Assembly (NCBI GenBank): GCA_963675755.2
Contig: CAXXMD010000003.1
Location: 3,072,001 to 3,136,000, forward strand
Reading direction: 5' to 3'
DNA: 64,000 nt
Source: a bacterium
Lineage (GTDB): Bacteria; Zhuqueibacterota; Zhuqueibacteria; Residuimicrobiales; Krinioviventaceae
Shown here: piece by piece, positions 9,184 through 19,724 of the stretch
Layout: every line of letters begins with the position of its first letter
Position numbering within the stretch: position 1 is the stretch's first letter
Program-made: the position numbers and the translations under genes
Notes under the pieces: generated by a model
Databases searched by the model: none
What the model was told of the DNA's origin: nothing
What the model saw: the letters and a program-made list of their open reading frames with translations, nothing else

Positions 9184-9528
9184 TCAATAAAAGATGAGCA
9201 GGGTCACAAAGAGAAAGAGTTTTAGCAAATTTATTAAATGTAATGGATAATTAAAGCAGAATGTAACCTCGGGTTTTGTTTTCCATTCAATAAAACGCCA
9301 TAGATGGGTAATAATCAGTATGAGGAATAGTATTTTGGTAGCCGAGGGCGTTTCATTCAACATCAAATAAATGAGCAATATAGAAAAGATGATATCTGAA
9401 ATTCCCAGAATAATATTTTTGACCGTGGCCCATAACGTACGCTTCAAGATTACGAGTTTGAGTAACAAGAGAGATGATTCTCCCCCGAGAAGAATTGTAG
9501 TGATTACTATTAGTAAAGAATATCGCAA
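9184..9528 (-). CDS. Small hypothetical integral membrane protein (about 4 TM)
   Basis: Hydrophobic ORF; TTG at 9528, directly after the upstream stop, is a more likely start than 9594. Confidence 0.6.
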   Translation of the reverse strand: MRYSLLIVITTILLGGESSLLLLKLVILKRTLWATVKNIILGISDIIFSILLIYLMLNETPSATKILFLILIITHLWRFIEWKTKPEVTFCFNYPLHLINLLKLFLFVTLLIFY

Positions 9529-9529
9529 A

Positions 9530-10306
9530 TTATTTTTTCCGTGTAAAAAGCAACCCGGACCAGATATTATCAATAGAGCATATTTTATAATCAACCAGGC
9601 CGGCAGCTAGTCCTGTATTGCGTATCAGGGTTTGTGTTAAATCGGTTTTTACCCCCGATGATTTTTTAGGCCAGGCGATCCACAGTTTTTTTTCTCCGTA
9701 TTTCTGGCTGATTGCTGCAATTTGCTCTTCCAGGTCAGCCATGCTGTTGAGAAACCAAAGGGTGACATCACCCTGAGCGTTCCCTGAGGATTGCATTCTG
9801 GCACCAACGGGGAGCTGAGGGGCAAGCATGTCTTTAAAACCTTCAGGTTCATTTAACAGCGTAACAACAGAGTCTGGTTTGATACCGAGTTTTTTAGGAA
9901 GGGGGGTACCCGAATAGGCGGCCATTACAGATTCCGGCACAACAGGGGCCGCGGGAGGAGATTCTATTGCCTGTTTAAGAGCATTTTGAATATGCTCCCA
10001 TTCCGTATAAACGGCATCGGGTAAAATGGATTGGGTTTTTAAAACTTTGTCTGGTTCTCCTTCAACAAATACGAGAGGCATATTACGTGTGTTTTTATAA
10101 CTTCTGAAACCAATTGCTACATCCCGGCCTACTGATGGTTTGCGTGAAAGATCAATAACCATTATATCCGGAGGATCATCACGCAATTGTCTCATGCTCT
10201 TGTTGTCCAGCGGACCTGATGCTACCTGGTAACCCAAAGATTGTAGTATTTCTGATAAAGATACTGCTTTTTCAGCATCCCAATGTAAAAGATAAATTGA
10301 ATACAT
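9530..10306 (-). CDS. Receiver-like domain fused to DUF3052 domain
   Basis: N-terminal PPDIMVIDLSRKPSVGRD...MPLVFV is REC-like; C-terminal YSGTPLPKKLGIK...LWIAWPKKSSGVKTDL...GLVDYKICSID..WSGLLF is DUF3052-like. Confidence 0.75.
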   Translation of the reverse strand: MYSIYLLHWDAEKAVSLSEILQSLGYQVASGPLDNKSMRQLRDDPPDIMVIDLSRKPSVGRDVAIGFRSYKNTRNMPLVFVEGEPDKVLKTQSILPDAVYTEWEHIQNALKQAIESPPAAPVVPESVMAAYSGTPLPKKLGIKPDSVVTLLNEPEGFKDMLAPQLPVGARMQSSGNAQGDVTLWFLNSMADLEEQIAAISQKYGEKKLWIAWPKKSSGVKTDLTQTLIRNTGLAAGLVDYKICSIDNIWSGLLFTRKK

Positions 10307-10322
10307 GTAGAATTATCAATCA

Positions 10323-11759
10323 CTAGTTAATTTTTATGTTAAAAACCAGTACTACAAGTGTAAATGTAAACAGTGTGATCAACATAACAAACAAGATATT
10401 GAGGAAAATCCCCGCTCTTGCCATTTTGGGAATTGTAATGGTTCCGCTGCCATAAATAATTGCATTGGGTGGTGTTGCAACGGGCAGCATAAATGCGCAG
10501 CTCGCTGCTATGGCGGTAGGAACGACAAATAATAACGGATCTTGCCCAATACTAACCGCAACAGAAGCCATAATGGGTAAAAACGCGGCTGTTGTTGCAG
10601 TATTGCTCGTCAGCTCGGTTAAAAGGATAATACATGATGTTATAATAAATACAATGATGATAATGTGTAGATACTGAATTTGAGAGAGCTGGGTGCCTAT
10701 CCAAACAGAGAGACCTGTACTGCTAATTGCAGATGCCAGTGACAAGCCTCCCCCAAACAATAATAAAACACCCCAGGGTAATAACTGCATGTCTTTCCAG
10801 TCCAACAAAAACTCTCCCTTTTTCCAGTCTGAAGGTACAAGAAACATGAGCAGTGCTCCCAGAATTGCTATGCCTGTATCAGAAATGCCGGGAACGATGT
10901 CGTGCAACAAGGGACGTATGATCCAAAGTATGGCAACTAGTGCAAAAACAACAGCGACTTTGATCTCGTTTGCAGACATTTTTCCCATTTTGGCAAGTTC
11001 GGATTTGATAAAGTCTTTACCACCACTAAATGAATTAATTTTTATCGGATATATTACATAAACCAATAACAGATATGAAAGAAAAATACCAATGATTACC
11101 AGGGGCACTCCAACAATCATCCATTTTACAAAATCCATTTGGAAACCATAGGTTTCATTTAAAAATGCCGCCATTAAGGCGTTGGGCGGGGTACCAATCA
11201 GTGTACCTAGGCCGCCAATGCTTGCAGAATAGGCAATACTTAATAATAAGACAACTGAGAAATTGCCTAGGTCACTATCATTATTACTGCTTTTTGCTAC
11301 TTCTACGATTGACAAGGCGATCGGCAGCATCATCATTGCGGTTGCAGTATTGCTGACCCACATGCTCAGAAACGCCGTAGCTATCATAAATCCTGCAATA
11401 ATGGAGCGGGGTTTCATACCTATGCTGCGGATGATTTCTAAAGCCATGCGTTTATGTAGATGCCAGCGTTGAATACCCAGGGCGACTACAAAGCCTCCCA
11501 TAAACAGAAAAATCAAAGGATTTGCATAGGGTGCGGCAGCTGGTTTTATTGCTGCTACACCAGTAATGGGAAACAAAACCAGGGGGATTAGTGCTGTTGC
11601 AGCAATGGGGATTGCTTCTGTGATCCACCAGACTGCCATCAGGCAACCGATAGCAGCGGTGTACCATGCTTCTGGTGATAGATTTTGAGGTGCGGGAAAG
11701 ATTAAAAATAGCAGAAACAGAGTTGGGCCTAGAAACAATCCGGTTTTTTTCATGAGCAT
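10323..11759 (-). CDS. DASS/SLC13 sodium:dicarboxylate (or sulfate) symporter
   Basis: WWITEAIP, FLSMWVSNTATAMMMLPI, GTLIGTPPN, TELTSNTAT, AFMLPVATPPNAI; start at 11759 or 11753. Confidence 0.92.
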   Translation of the reverse strand: MLMKKTGLFLGPTLFLLFLIFPAPQNLSPEAWYTAAIGCLMAVWWITEAIPIAATALIPLVLFPITGVAAIKPAAAPYANPLIFLFMGGFVVALGIQRWHLHKRMALEIIRSIGMKPRSIIAGFMIATAFLSMWVSNTATAMMMLPIALSIVEVAKSSNNDSDLGNFSVVLLLSIAYSASIGGLGTLIGTPPNALMAAFLNETYGFQMDFVKWMIVGVPLVIIGIFLSYLLLVYVIYPIKINSFSGGKDFIKSELAKMGKMSANEIKVAVVFALVAILWIIRPLLHDIVPGISDTGIAILGALLMFLVPSDWKKGEFLLDWKDMQLLPWGVLLLFGGGLSLASAISSTGLSVWIGTQLSQIQYLHIIIIVFIITSCIILLTELTSNTATTAAFLPIMASVAVSIGQDPLLFVVPTAIAASCAFMLPVATPPNAIIYGSGTITIPKMARAGIFLNILFVMLITLFTFTLVVLVFNIKIN

Positions 11760-11953
11760 CCCTATATATGAACTGAAAAGTATGGCCCTGATCTTGATAA
11801 GCATCAGGACCTTTCGGAAATTATGCGCCAGCTTGGTACTGGTATTATTAATATCGGATATTTTTTGAAATTGTCAAGTGTTGATCCGAAAAAATGAAAA
11901 ATAATCTTGAATTATATTGTATCCAGTATAAAATTAATAATAAATATTATAAT

Positions 11954-13282
11954 TCAAGCTCTGGGTTTTATCTTCCAGGTGAATGCCAGCAGAATGATAG
12001 AGACAAGAGTGCAGCCAAGAATGCAGAAAATGATCACATCCCATCCGGTGGTTGTACCGTATACCCGGCTAAAATAATCGGCAATCCAGCCAAAACCTTT
12101 TGCCTGGGCGGTCCTGCCCATATAGCCAAAGAGACCTATGAATCCCGCAGCGGTGCCCACTGCTTTTTTAGATGTAAGATCCAAACCGGATACTCCCAAT
12201 AGCATTACGGGCGGGTAGACAAAAAATCCGATAATGGCAAGGAATGTCATGTCGAGCCAGAGATGGCCGGGAGGATTGAGATAAATACCGGTAAACGCAG
12301 CGAAAATAGGGATCATGCAGAGCAGACTCAGCATTCCTCGTCGTCCGCCCATTTTATCGGACAGCCACCCGGAGATCAGGGTAGAGGGGATTCCGCCAAA
12401 CTCGATAATAAGGATCGCCAAACCACCGCTGGTGAGTGTTGCGTGTTTCACTTCACGCAAATAAAGCGGACCCCAATCCAGCATGCTGTATCTTACAATG
12501 TATACAAAAAAGTTTGCTATTGCAAAAATCCAGAGGTATTTATTTTTTAGGATATTTTCAACAAACAGTTCCCGGGTGGTGAGCTCTTTTTCAAATGTTA
12601 AACCTGATTCAGGAAAATCGTTTTTATATTCTTCAATTGGAGGCAGGCCAACAGATTGGGGCGTGTCTTTTAATCTAATAAAAAGATATATAGAGCCTAC
12701 CAAGGCGATAGTTCCAGGAAAGTAAAAAGCTGCCTGCCAGCCAAAGTGAGATGCCGCAAATGCAGCTAGAATACCTGCAATACCACCCCCAATATTATGC
12801 GCAACATTCCAGATGGCAAATATAGAGCCTCTTTCTTTTAGACTGAACCAATGCCCAATGGAACGACCGCAAGGGGGCCAGCCCATACCTTGCACAAACC
12901 CGTTAAGTGACCACAATAATAAATGAACCGGATAACTGGCAATACCACCAAACATGAAATTGATAAGAGCTGTTAATAATAACCCAAATGCCATAAACGC
13001 CCTGGGATTGCTACGGTCTGATAATGAACCCATTAAAAATTTTCCAAGGCCATAGCAGATTGCAGTCAAAGCAAGGATATTGCCAATCATGTCATGGTTA
13101 TAGGCAAGAGCTCCTTCGATATCTTTGGCAACAACCGAAAGGTTATTGCGAACCAGATAAAATGTAGCATAACCCAAAAAGGTTGCTTCAAGAGTACTCC
13201 ATCTATACTTTTTGTAAAGATGGTCAGTTTTTGTTGCATCAACTCGGTCAATATGTGGTGCAGGTTTGAACAGAGATCTCAA
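11954..13282 (-). CDS. MFS organophosphate:Pi antiporter (GlpT/PgtP/UhpT family)
   Basis: [75 protein letters not shown]. Confidence 0.9.
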   Translation of the reverse strand: MRSLFKPAPHIDRVDATKTDHLYKKYRWSTLEATFLGYATFYLVRNNLSVVAKDIEGALAYNHDMIGNILALTAICYGLGKFLMGSLSDRSNPRAFMAFGLLLTALINFMFGGIASYPVHLLLWSLNGFVQGMGWPPCGRSIGHWFSLKERGSIFAIWNVAHNIGGGIAGILAAFAASHFGWQAAFYFPGTIALVGSIYLFIRLKDTPQSVGLPPIEEYKNDFPESGLTFEKELTTRELFVENILKNKYLWIFAIANFFVYIVRYSMLDWGPLYLREVKHATLTSGGLAILIIEFGGIPSTLISGWLSDKMGGRRGMLSLLCMIPIFAAFTGIYLNPPGHLWLDMTFLAIIGFFVYPPVMLLGVSGLDLTSKKAVGTAAGFIGLFGYMGRTAQAKGFGWIADYFSRVYGTTTGWDVIIFCILGCTLVSIILLAFTWKIKPRA

Positions 13283-13298
13283 AGGTTACCTCCTGTAT

Positions 13299-16200
13299 TT
13301 ATGGTTTTAAAAATATTAAAGCATCTATATTGTTTTTTAAACCAAAATGGGTCTCAAAATTCAATTCTCCATCAAGTTCGAGTGTTTGTTGAGGTAAAGT
13401 GTCTGATAGTGATATTTCAATCTGCTTTTTTTCATTTGGCTTGATATCGTCAATTGTAAAATTACCCGATATTCCTTTGAATGCTATTACAGGATTTCTT
13501 AAGGTGAATGCTCTTTTATTTTGTATTTCTAAAACGACTTTTTGATCTTTATATGAAATCAGTTTTACCGCAGCATCAGCGTGAAATTGTTTGAATGCGT
13601 CAGCCATGGGCTGCCTGATCTCAAATCTTGAGTTGATGTCAATCAAACCCGGATGATGTTCTGGTACGTCGGTCAGTTTGTAAAATGTGCCACCTGCCAT
13701 ACCCTTGTCTAATCCCCATTGGCCCATGCCCCAAATGGCATCAAGCCCGGTTAACTCGTCCGGTCCCCAAAAACTGTTATATTCGGTATAAATAACCGGC
13801 AAGTTGTGTTCAAATCCCAGGTTTATACTTGTTTCAATAATGGGTTGTCTATCTGTGGATTTCTGAAACAATCCAAAATAGTAATTAATACCCATAATAT
13901 CCTGTCCCCGCCAGTTATCCTGACCGTATAGATTGGCATAATTTACCGGACGATTGTACGGATCATAGATTTTGTATGCAGGATAAACCGTAAGAAGGAA
14001 TTCATCCAAATTACTATGAATTTCATTGCAGGAATTCCAAAACAAAACGCCGGCATTGTCCTTGTACGCATTTACGAATTGGCGACTCACTTCCTGAATA
14101 CCTGCAAGGGGGGAACCATTGTAACGGGTAAATATTTCTTCTGATGATGCACACGAAAAATCGGCCAAAGCCATCCAGCACATGTTTTCTTCAAATGCCA
14201 GGTCAACAAGCCAGGTATTGGGATGGTCACCACGTAATGTGTTAAATCCGCATTCTTTGAGGATCTCCATTGCTTTTTTAGAGAGTGCCCGACTCGATCC
14301 CCATAAACCATGAACGTTAACACCTTTCATGATAAAAGGTTCACCATTGACCAGGATATCGGTTCCCTGTGTTTCTGCTACAGTAGATATTATTCGCTTG
14401 TCATAATGAACAGGGCCGTTATTCGTCTTTAATTCAAAATGCAGATCATAATATCCCCAGTTTGGGGTGGGTTGGAGCGTTGTTTGGGCTTTATCGGAAA
14501 GAGTGGTTTGGACTAGTTCTTTTTCATTAGTTGAAACGGTAATTTCAGTAGAATTAATTTTTGTTTTACCTGCTAAAAGATTGATGTCTATTGGGGTAGT
14601 AAATGTTGAACCCGATTTTTCAACATGATTGTGTCGTTTAACAAGTATTGCCATCTTGTTAGGCAATGCGATCGTTTCTTCTTTTTCTGTCATTGTCAGG
14701 ACGCTACCATCTTTGATGATACGTACCCTGGAAATCAGTTTGCCATACTGATGGATGTTATAATCCAGGCTGATTTGATTTTTCCCATGTTTTAATGATA
14801 TTTCCGGAAAGCTTGAAAATACAATATTGCCAGTCTCTGTTTGAACATCGAAAGCACAAATTGCATCAAGAGTGTTCTCACCATAATGGGTAACGTCTAT
14901 GGTACAGTGTGTTTGGTTTGTATTTTTATCCCACTCGGTTACCAGGGCGTTGATCTCGATTAGCCGCGCAGTTATATAAACCGGGCACAGGGTGTATAGC
15001 CTGCCTGTATTGAAATAGTTAATGGATTCAGGATTGTTTAAAAGTACCCATTGAAATGGACCTTTTTTCGTAGTATCCCTAACAGTAACAGTAAGGTAAT
15101 GCTTGCCTGTAAATATTTTGGGCATATGGATCGCGGCAGTAGCATCCAATGGTGTTTGCAGAGGAAGTGAAAATGTTATGTTTTGTAAATGGGAACCGGG
15201 TTTCCATGTTGAGGTGGCAGGGGCAGGATTGATAATCTCTGTTTGCAGTATCTGTCCATATTCATTGCAAATGTGATACATGAACTGTAAATCTTGATTG
15301 ATGGTAGAGCCTGTTACATTCCATGGTACAGATAGCGTGTAATCTTTACCCATTACAAATGATGTGCTCGAGTGGGAAATATCCCCAAATTGCAGGCTGT
15401 AGGTGCCATCGTGCTGTTGACCATGATATAAATTATCAGCCGAGTTTACAAGCTGTTCTGCATAATCAACTGCTTGATAAGTAGCTTTTTGCTCCCCCTG
15501 ATCCAGTCGTTCTTTTGCCAACCCAAGTAATGAGAGGGCACTTGAGTAAGCAGTTTTTTTCTTGAGCGTTTGAGGATCATTTAAATTCGCATTTTTTGAG
15601 TTTAGAAAGGATTCCATTTGTGTAGACAATTTGTTGATTTTGGCTTCCAGTTCTTTATTTGACCGGTATTCGATGGTTCGCTCATCAGATCCAAGCTGGC
15701 TGCCGTCAGAATGGGTTAATTCAATTTGCAGGGTATAGTGACCTTCATTCCGGATTTGTAATGGAGATTGGGCCAGAATTTCTTTCAATGGGAGTGTGAA
15801 TGACCCGGAAGGAATATTTTGGGATGTTTTAAATTTTAGAGTTTTGTTGTTATGTTTGAGTGAAATTAATATTTCACAATTTTGCACTGCTTTTTGAAAG
15901 TTTGTATACAGATTAAATTCGGGGAGCGATTTGTTCAAAATAATGTGCTTGGGAGTGGATAAAAAGACTGTTGGCGGGGTAATGGTTACATCTTTATCTG
16001 ATGATATAAAATGTGCTATCCTTGCATAACCTGACCAGCATCTAACTCCATAACGGCCTTGCAGACTGTTGTCGCTCTTTGCCTGAATGACCCATTCTTT
16101 GGGTTCCTGTTCAGTGACAGACCAGAACTTGCAGTAAATATTTTCTCCATCCAGCTTTACTTTTTGCCAGAACCAACCGGTTGGATTCCATTTGGTATCA

Positions 16201-16670
16201 AAGGTCAATCCTTTTCCCGCAGCCAGATCAAAAGTATAATCATCTATTGAGGCATCACGGTAACGTAAACTAGTACCCGAGTCTTCATCCTGTTCTATCC
16301 AGTATTGTGGACGTCTTTCTTTGGTATTGTGGTAATATTCAACGTCTTGAGGAAAATCAGCTCTGAACATCAATATTCCGTCAGCATCTCTTTCAGTTGG
16401 AAGCGGATCTTTCCATAATACCTGAATATAACCATTTGCCATCTGTTGGGATTTTGCAAACAGTATAATATTTTTACCTTTAAATTCAATAACCTGTTTC
16501 CCATAACCCGGCGGGACTGATGGGTCATCAACAATTTCTGCCTGACCGTCACCGGCCATATCCAGGACTTGCCAGTCATCTAATGATTCACAGTTTGATT
16601 CAAATTCTGCATGTACAAAGGATGAATAGAACAAGATTAAAATGATAAAAACGTATCGGTTCTTGAGCAT
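13299..16670 (-). CDS. Large secreted protein with C-terminal GH2-like (clan GH-A) TIM barrel
   Basis: Signal peptide; ILVNGEPFIMKGVNVH, GFNTLRGDHP, FWNSCNE (acid/base), IYTEYN (nucleophile). Confidence 0.75.
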   Translation of the reverse strand: MLKNRYVFIILILFYSSFVHAEFESNCESLDDWQVLDMAGDGQAEIVDDPSVPPGYGKQVIEFKGKNIILFAKSQQMANGYIQVLWKDPLPTERDADGILMFRADFPQDVEYYHNTKERRPQYWIEQDEDSGTSLRYRDASIDDYTFDLAAGKGLTFDTKWNPTGWFWQKVKLDGENIYCKFWSVTEQEPKEWVIQAKSDNSLQGRYGVRCWSGYARIAHFISSDKDVTITPPTVFLSTPKHIILNKSLPEFNLYTNFQKAVQNCEILISLKHNNKTLKFKTSQNIPSGSFTLPLKEILAQSPLQIRNEGHYTLQIELTHSDGSQLGSDERTIEYRSNKELEAKINKLSTQMESFLNSKNANLNDPQTLKKKTAYSSALSLLGLAKERLDQGEQKATYQAVDYAEQLVNSADNLYHGQQHDGTYSLQFGDISHSSTSFVMGKDYTLSVPWNVTGSTINQDLQFMYHICNEYGQILQTEIINPAPATSTWKPGSHLQNITFSLPLQTPLDATAAIHMPKIFTGKHYLTVTVRDTTKKGPFQWVLLNNPESINYFNTGRLYTLCPVYITARLIEINALVTEWDKNTNQTHCTIDVTHYGENTLDAICAFDVQTETGNIVFSSFPEISLKHGKNQISLDYNIHQYGKLISRVRIIKDGSVLTMTEKEETIALPNKMAILVKRHNHVEKSGSTFTTPIDINLLAGKTKINSTEITVSTNEKELVQTTLSDKAQTTLQPTPNWGYYDLHFELKTNNGPVHYDKRIISTVAETQGTDILVNGEPFIMKGVNVHGLWGSSRALSKKAMEILKECGFNTLRGDHPNTWLVDLAFEENMCWMALADFSCASSEEIFTRYNGSPLAGIQEVSRQFVNAYKDNAGVLFWNSCNEIHSNLDEFLLTVYPAYKIYDPYNRPVNYANLYGQDNWRGQDIMGINYYFGLFQKSTDRQPIIETSINLGFEHNLPVIYTEYNSFWGPDELTGLDAIWGMGQWGLDKGMAGGTFYKLTDVPEHHPGLIDINSRFEIRQPMADAFKQFHADAAVKLISYKDQKVVLEIQNKRAFTLRNPVIAFKGISGNFTIDDIKPNEKKQIEISLSDTLPQQTLELDGELNFETHFGLKNNIDALIFLKP

Positions 16671-16906
16671 TAGTTTACCTCGAGCTGATTGTGTGCGTGT
16701 TGTAGATTGTTAAGAGTATTTGTTATATGGGTATGTACAAATATTTAATGATATAAAAGGATTCTCGAAAATCCTTGCCAAAAAATATAAACAGTTGCGT
16801 TACTTATATTATGAAAATATATGAATTATACAAGTAAAACAACGTAATTCTTGAATAGAAGGGGAGTGAGAAAAAGTTTGGGAATTTGAGATTAATATTT
16901 AATTCA

Positions 16907-16929
16907 AGGCCGGTAAGCACCGGCCCTTT
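16907..16929. terminator. Hairpin terminator after the FG-GAP gene
   Basis: AAGGCCGGT-AAGC-ACCGGCCCTTT. Confidence 0.6.
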
Positions 16930-16936
16930 GGATGTT

Positions 16937-19075
16937 TTATTTAATCATAACCATTTTTTTTGAATATGTGTGTAATGCGGTTTGAGTTTTAATGTTTACC
17001 TGATAAAAGTAAACTCCCGAACTCGATACTTTACCGTTATAGTTTGTTCCATTCCAGGTATTTTGGTGATACCCGGCATTCAACTGTGAATTATTCAAAC
17101 AGTTTACTTTTCTTCCGTTAATGTCATAAATGTTTATTTCAACATTCGCTTTTTCATCCAATTGAAAGGATATACGGGTTTGTGCGTTAAAAGGATTGGG
17201 ATAATTTTGATTTAGAATAAATCCATCAGGAACAGGATTGGATTTGCTATTGATTGCCAATGTAGGGTCTTTTTCAAAAATGGTGAAAATACCGGTATCG
17301 TCCCGGATGATGAGTTCATCTGAACCATCATTATAAATGTCATAAAATGTGGGGACATATTCTCCATAATAATCAATATTAACAAAGGCATCATTCCAAC
17401 GGGCCCAGGCGGGGGATTGGGCATTGCCAATGTTTTCAAAGGCATACAATGAATCCGTAGCACTGTATTTAACAATCATATCAAAATCACCATCCTGATC
17501 CAGATCGCTGAATGTAGAGTAATGGAAAACGGTGTTTGGCAGTCCTTGTTTCCAGTCCTGTCTTAATTTCCAGGTAGAATCCGGATCTTGTGTATTTTCA
17601 TAAAAATGATACGCGCTGGGATAATTGTAATTTTCTTCACCAATGTCCATGACTGTTTTTTCGCGGAAAATAAAATCAAGGTCACCATCGTTATCCAGAT
17701 CATAAAAGTTAATGTCCAGAAACAGGGTGCTGTCAAACTGGCTAAAGATCATATCATTTAAACTGGTTTTGCTGGTCCATTCGCCGCTCAGGTCCGGTTT
17801 CGAGTTTTCATAAACATTTGTATAACTGTAATACATGTAATGATGTGTGTAAATAAATTCGGGCAGGCCATTATTGTCAAAATCTGTCAACTGGTCTTTG
17901 TAAGAGTCTCCTTCCGTATAAGTGGTAAACTCTGTTTCTGAGGGCGTGTGTTTGTAGAATAAGCAGTTCATCAGCGTATCTGGTGTGAGGCGAACGGGTT
18001 TTAGCCCAAATTCTATCCAACCTCTATAACCATTGACAAAAAGTAAAGATGGAAAGCGATTATTCAATTGAAATGGATAAATTCTTGAGAATGGTAAAGC
18101 AGGTAAAGAATTCAATACATAATAATTGGGATCAAAGGGCTGCTCTGCATTACCAGTGGCTAAATAAATACGACAAACGCGTTTCCCATCAATGACAAAT
18201 AAATCCTTTTTCCCATCTTTATTATAATCATAAGGGAAAATGGAATTGATGGTATCATTGATCTCAATATTTGGCAAATTTTGTTCATTTGAAAAGTTGA
18301 ATCCGTTTGAATCCTGTCTGCCATAAAATAATTTAATTTTGTAAATACCTTCTGTAATACTGATAATCAGCATATCAACCAGACTGTCGTTGTTTACATG
18401 CATCATGGTTGGAGAGATGTATTCATAGCTCAATGTGTTTTTTGTAGCATTTTGTAAAACGGTCGAGTCTTTTTCCCAAGCAGGTTCGCTTGCATTACCA
18501 ATATTTCTAAAAAAGGATAAATTTAGTACTCCAAGTCCTATATAGCTATTATTCACTAGCAAGTCTAGATCTCCATCGGAATCTATATCAAAGAAAGATG
18601 GATTGTCTGGTGTATACGAAGCTATTTCAAAACTAACATCTTTGAATGTATCCGGATTAAGGGTCAAGGTTAGTGTGCTGTCAATTTCCCAGTCATACAG
18701 TTCTGTGGCATCTCTGATGATTATATTCGGATTACCATCTGCATCAATATCCTGGATTGTAAAGCCCATATTACCTATGCAGCCTTCAATTCTTGTTTCA
18801 TATATTTTATCGGGTAGATAATATGGGGGTGTTTCTGTGTCTTGTCCTAAAAAGATTTGGAGTTTTCGCCAAGTCCAATCTTTATGTTTCCCTAAAATTG
18901 CCAAATCCGTAATACCATCCTTATTAAAATCACAAGGTGCCATAGCATTAACGAAAATATCTAACCCCGATGGATTCAACGGGCGGGTGTCAGCCATCCA
19001 GTGGATGGGTACAGCAAAAAGATTGAAATTCAGGATTAAAATAATAATTTGAAAAAGGTGTTTTGAATTAATCAT
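16937..19075 (-). CDS. Secreted FG-GAP/VCBS repeat beta-propeller with C-terminal T9SS type A/FlgD-Ig domain
   Basis: Repeated DxDxDGDxD (DIDSDGDLDLL, DLDNDGDLDFI, DLDQDGDFDMI); LNQNYPNPFN...IYDINGRKV...SSGVYFY. Confidence 0.85.
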   Translation of the reverse strand: MINSKHLFQIIILILNFNLFAVPIHWMADTRPLNPSGLDIFVNAMAPCDFNKDGITDLAILGKHKDWTWRKLQIFLGQDTETPPYYLPDKIYETRIEGCIGNMGFTIQDIDADGNPNIIIRDATELYDWEIDSTLTLTLNPDTFKDVSFEIASYTPDNPSFFDIDSDGDLDLLVNNSYIGLGVLNLSFFRNIGNASEPAWEKDSTVLQNATKNTLSYEYISPTMMHVNNDSLVDMLIISITEGIYKIKLFYGRQDSNGFNFSNEQNLPNIEINDTINSIFPYDYNKDGKKDLFVIDGKRVCRIYLATGNAEQPFDPNYYVLNSLPALPFSRIYPFQLNNRFPSLLFVNGYRGWIEFGLKPVRLTPDTLMNCLFYKHTPSETEFTTYTEGDSYKDQLTDFDNNGLPEFIYTHHYMYYSYTNVYENSKPDLSGEWTSKTSLNDMIFSQFDSTLFLDINFYDLDNDGDLDFIFREKTVMDIGEENYNYPSAYHFYENTQDPDSTWKLRQDWKQGLPNTVFHYSTFSDLDQDGDFDMIVKYSATDSLYAFENIGNAQSPAWARWNDAFVNIDYYGEYVPTFYDIYNDGSDELIIRDDTGIFTIFEKDPTLAINSKSNPVPDGFILNQNYPNPFNAQTRISFQLDEKANVEINIYDINGRKVNCLNNSQLNAGYHQNTWNGTNYNGKVSSSGVYFYQVNIKTQTALHTYSKKMVMIK

Positions 19076-19160
19076 GATACTTCCCCCTATCAAAATTAAA
19101 AATGGTGTTGTTATTAATAGTTAATAATAATTGTAAATAAAGTCAACATTTTTTTGAAAT

Positions 19161-19535
19161 TTACATCATGCTGGCCCGCATTACATCCAAACGGACTTTT
19201 GCATCTACATCTTCTTTGATTATAGGATCCAGGTTAGCGCAGGGGTAATCGTCACAGAACGCACAGGACTGCATTCCCCGATTTTTTGCGCAATTGCGGA
19301 TTTTGCAATCGGTACAGGGGGTGAACAGCACTCCTGAATCACTCATACAGCCCAGACAGTCTGTAATGTCCTCCAGTTTATATTTTGTGTTATAGAGATT
19401 GTTAGTAATGTAGACAATCTCTTGCCGCATTTTTTGCTTCTTTTGTGGATCGGGTTCAAGTGTTGCCATATAAATAGGACAGCCTTTGCACATTAATCCG
19501 CAATAAGAAAACTCGGATTGGTAAGATGTTGACAT
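19161..19535 (-). CDS. DUF3795-family Cys-rich protein
   Basis: CGLMCKGCPIY...CLGC...CTDCKIRNCA...CAFCDDYPC. Confidence 0.8.
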   Translation of the reverse strand: MSTSYQSEFSYCGLMCKGCPIYMATLEPDPQKKQKMRQEIVYITNNLYNTKYKLEDITDCLGCMSDSGVLFTPCTDCKIRNCAKNRGMQSCAFCDDYPCANLDPIIKEDVDAKVRLDVMRASMM

Positions 19536-19683
19536 GATTCATACCTGTTGTTAATGATTAAAGCCGGGTTGAATCTATATTGTATTAAACATTTGAGGTG
19601 GAAGAACTATTCAGGAATTTCTTGACAATGTAAAACCGGGTTGTTAGGTACTCGTTCTGTGGACTTGGCCCTGGAAGGATGAT

Positions 19684-19717
19684 AAAAAAACGGTCCCGAG
19701 AAAAAATCCCGGGACCG
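19684..19717 (-). terminator. Terminator after the cytochrome c gene pair
   Basis: CGGTCCCG...CGGGACCG with an A run on the + strand (U tail on the - strand). Confidence 0.65.
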
Positions 19718-19724
19718 ATACTCA

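Noticed and set aside
19161-19535. DUF3795 protein as a multiheme cytochrome or RiPP precursor
   Set aside because: Its CxxC motifs lack the following His, there is no signal or leader peptide, and it fits a known cytoplasmic Cys-rich family.
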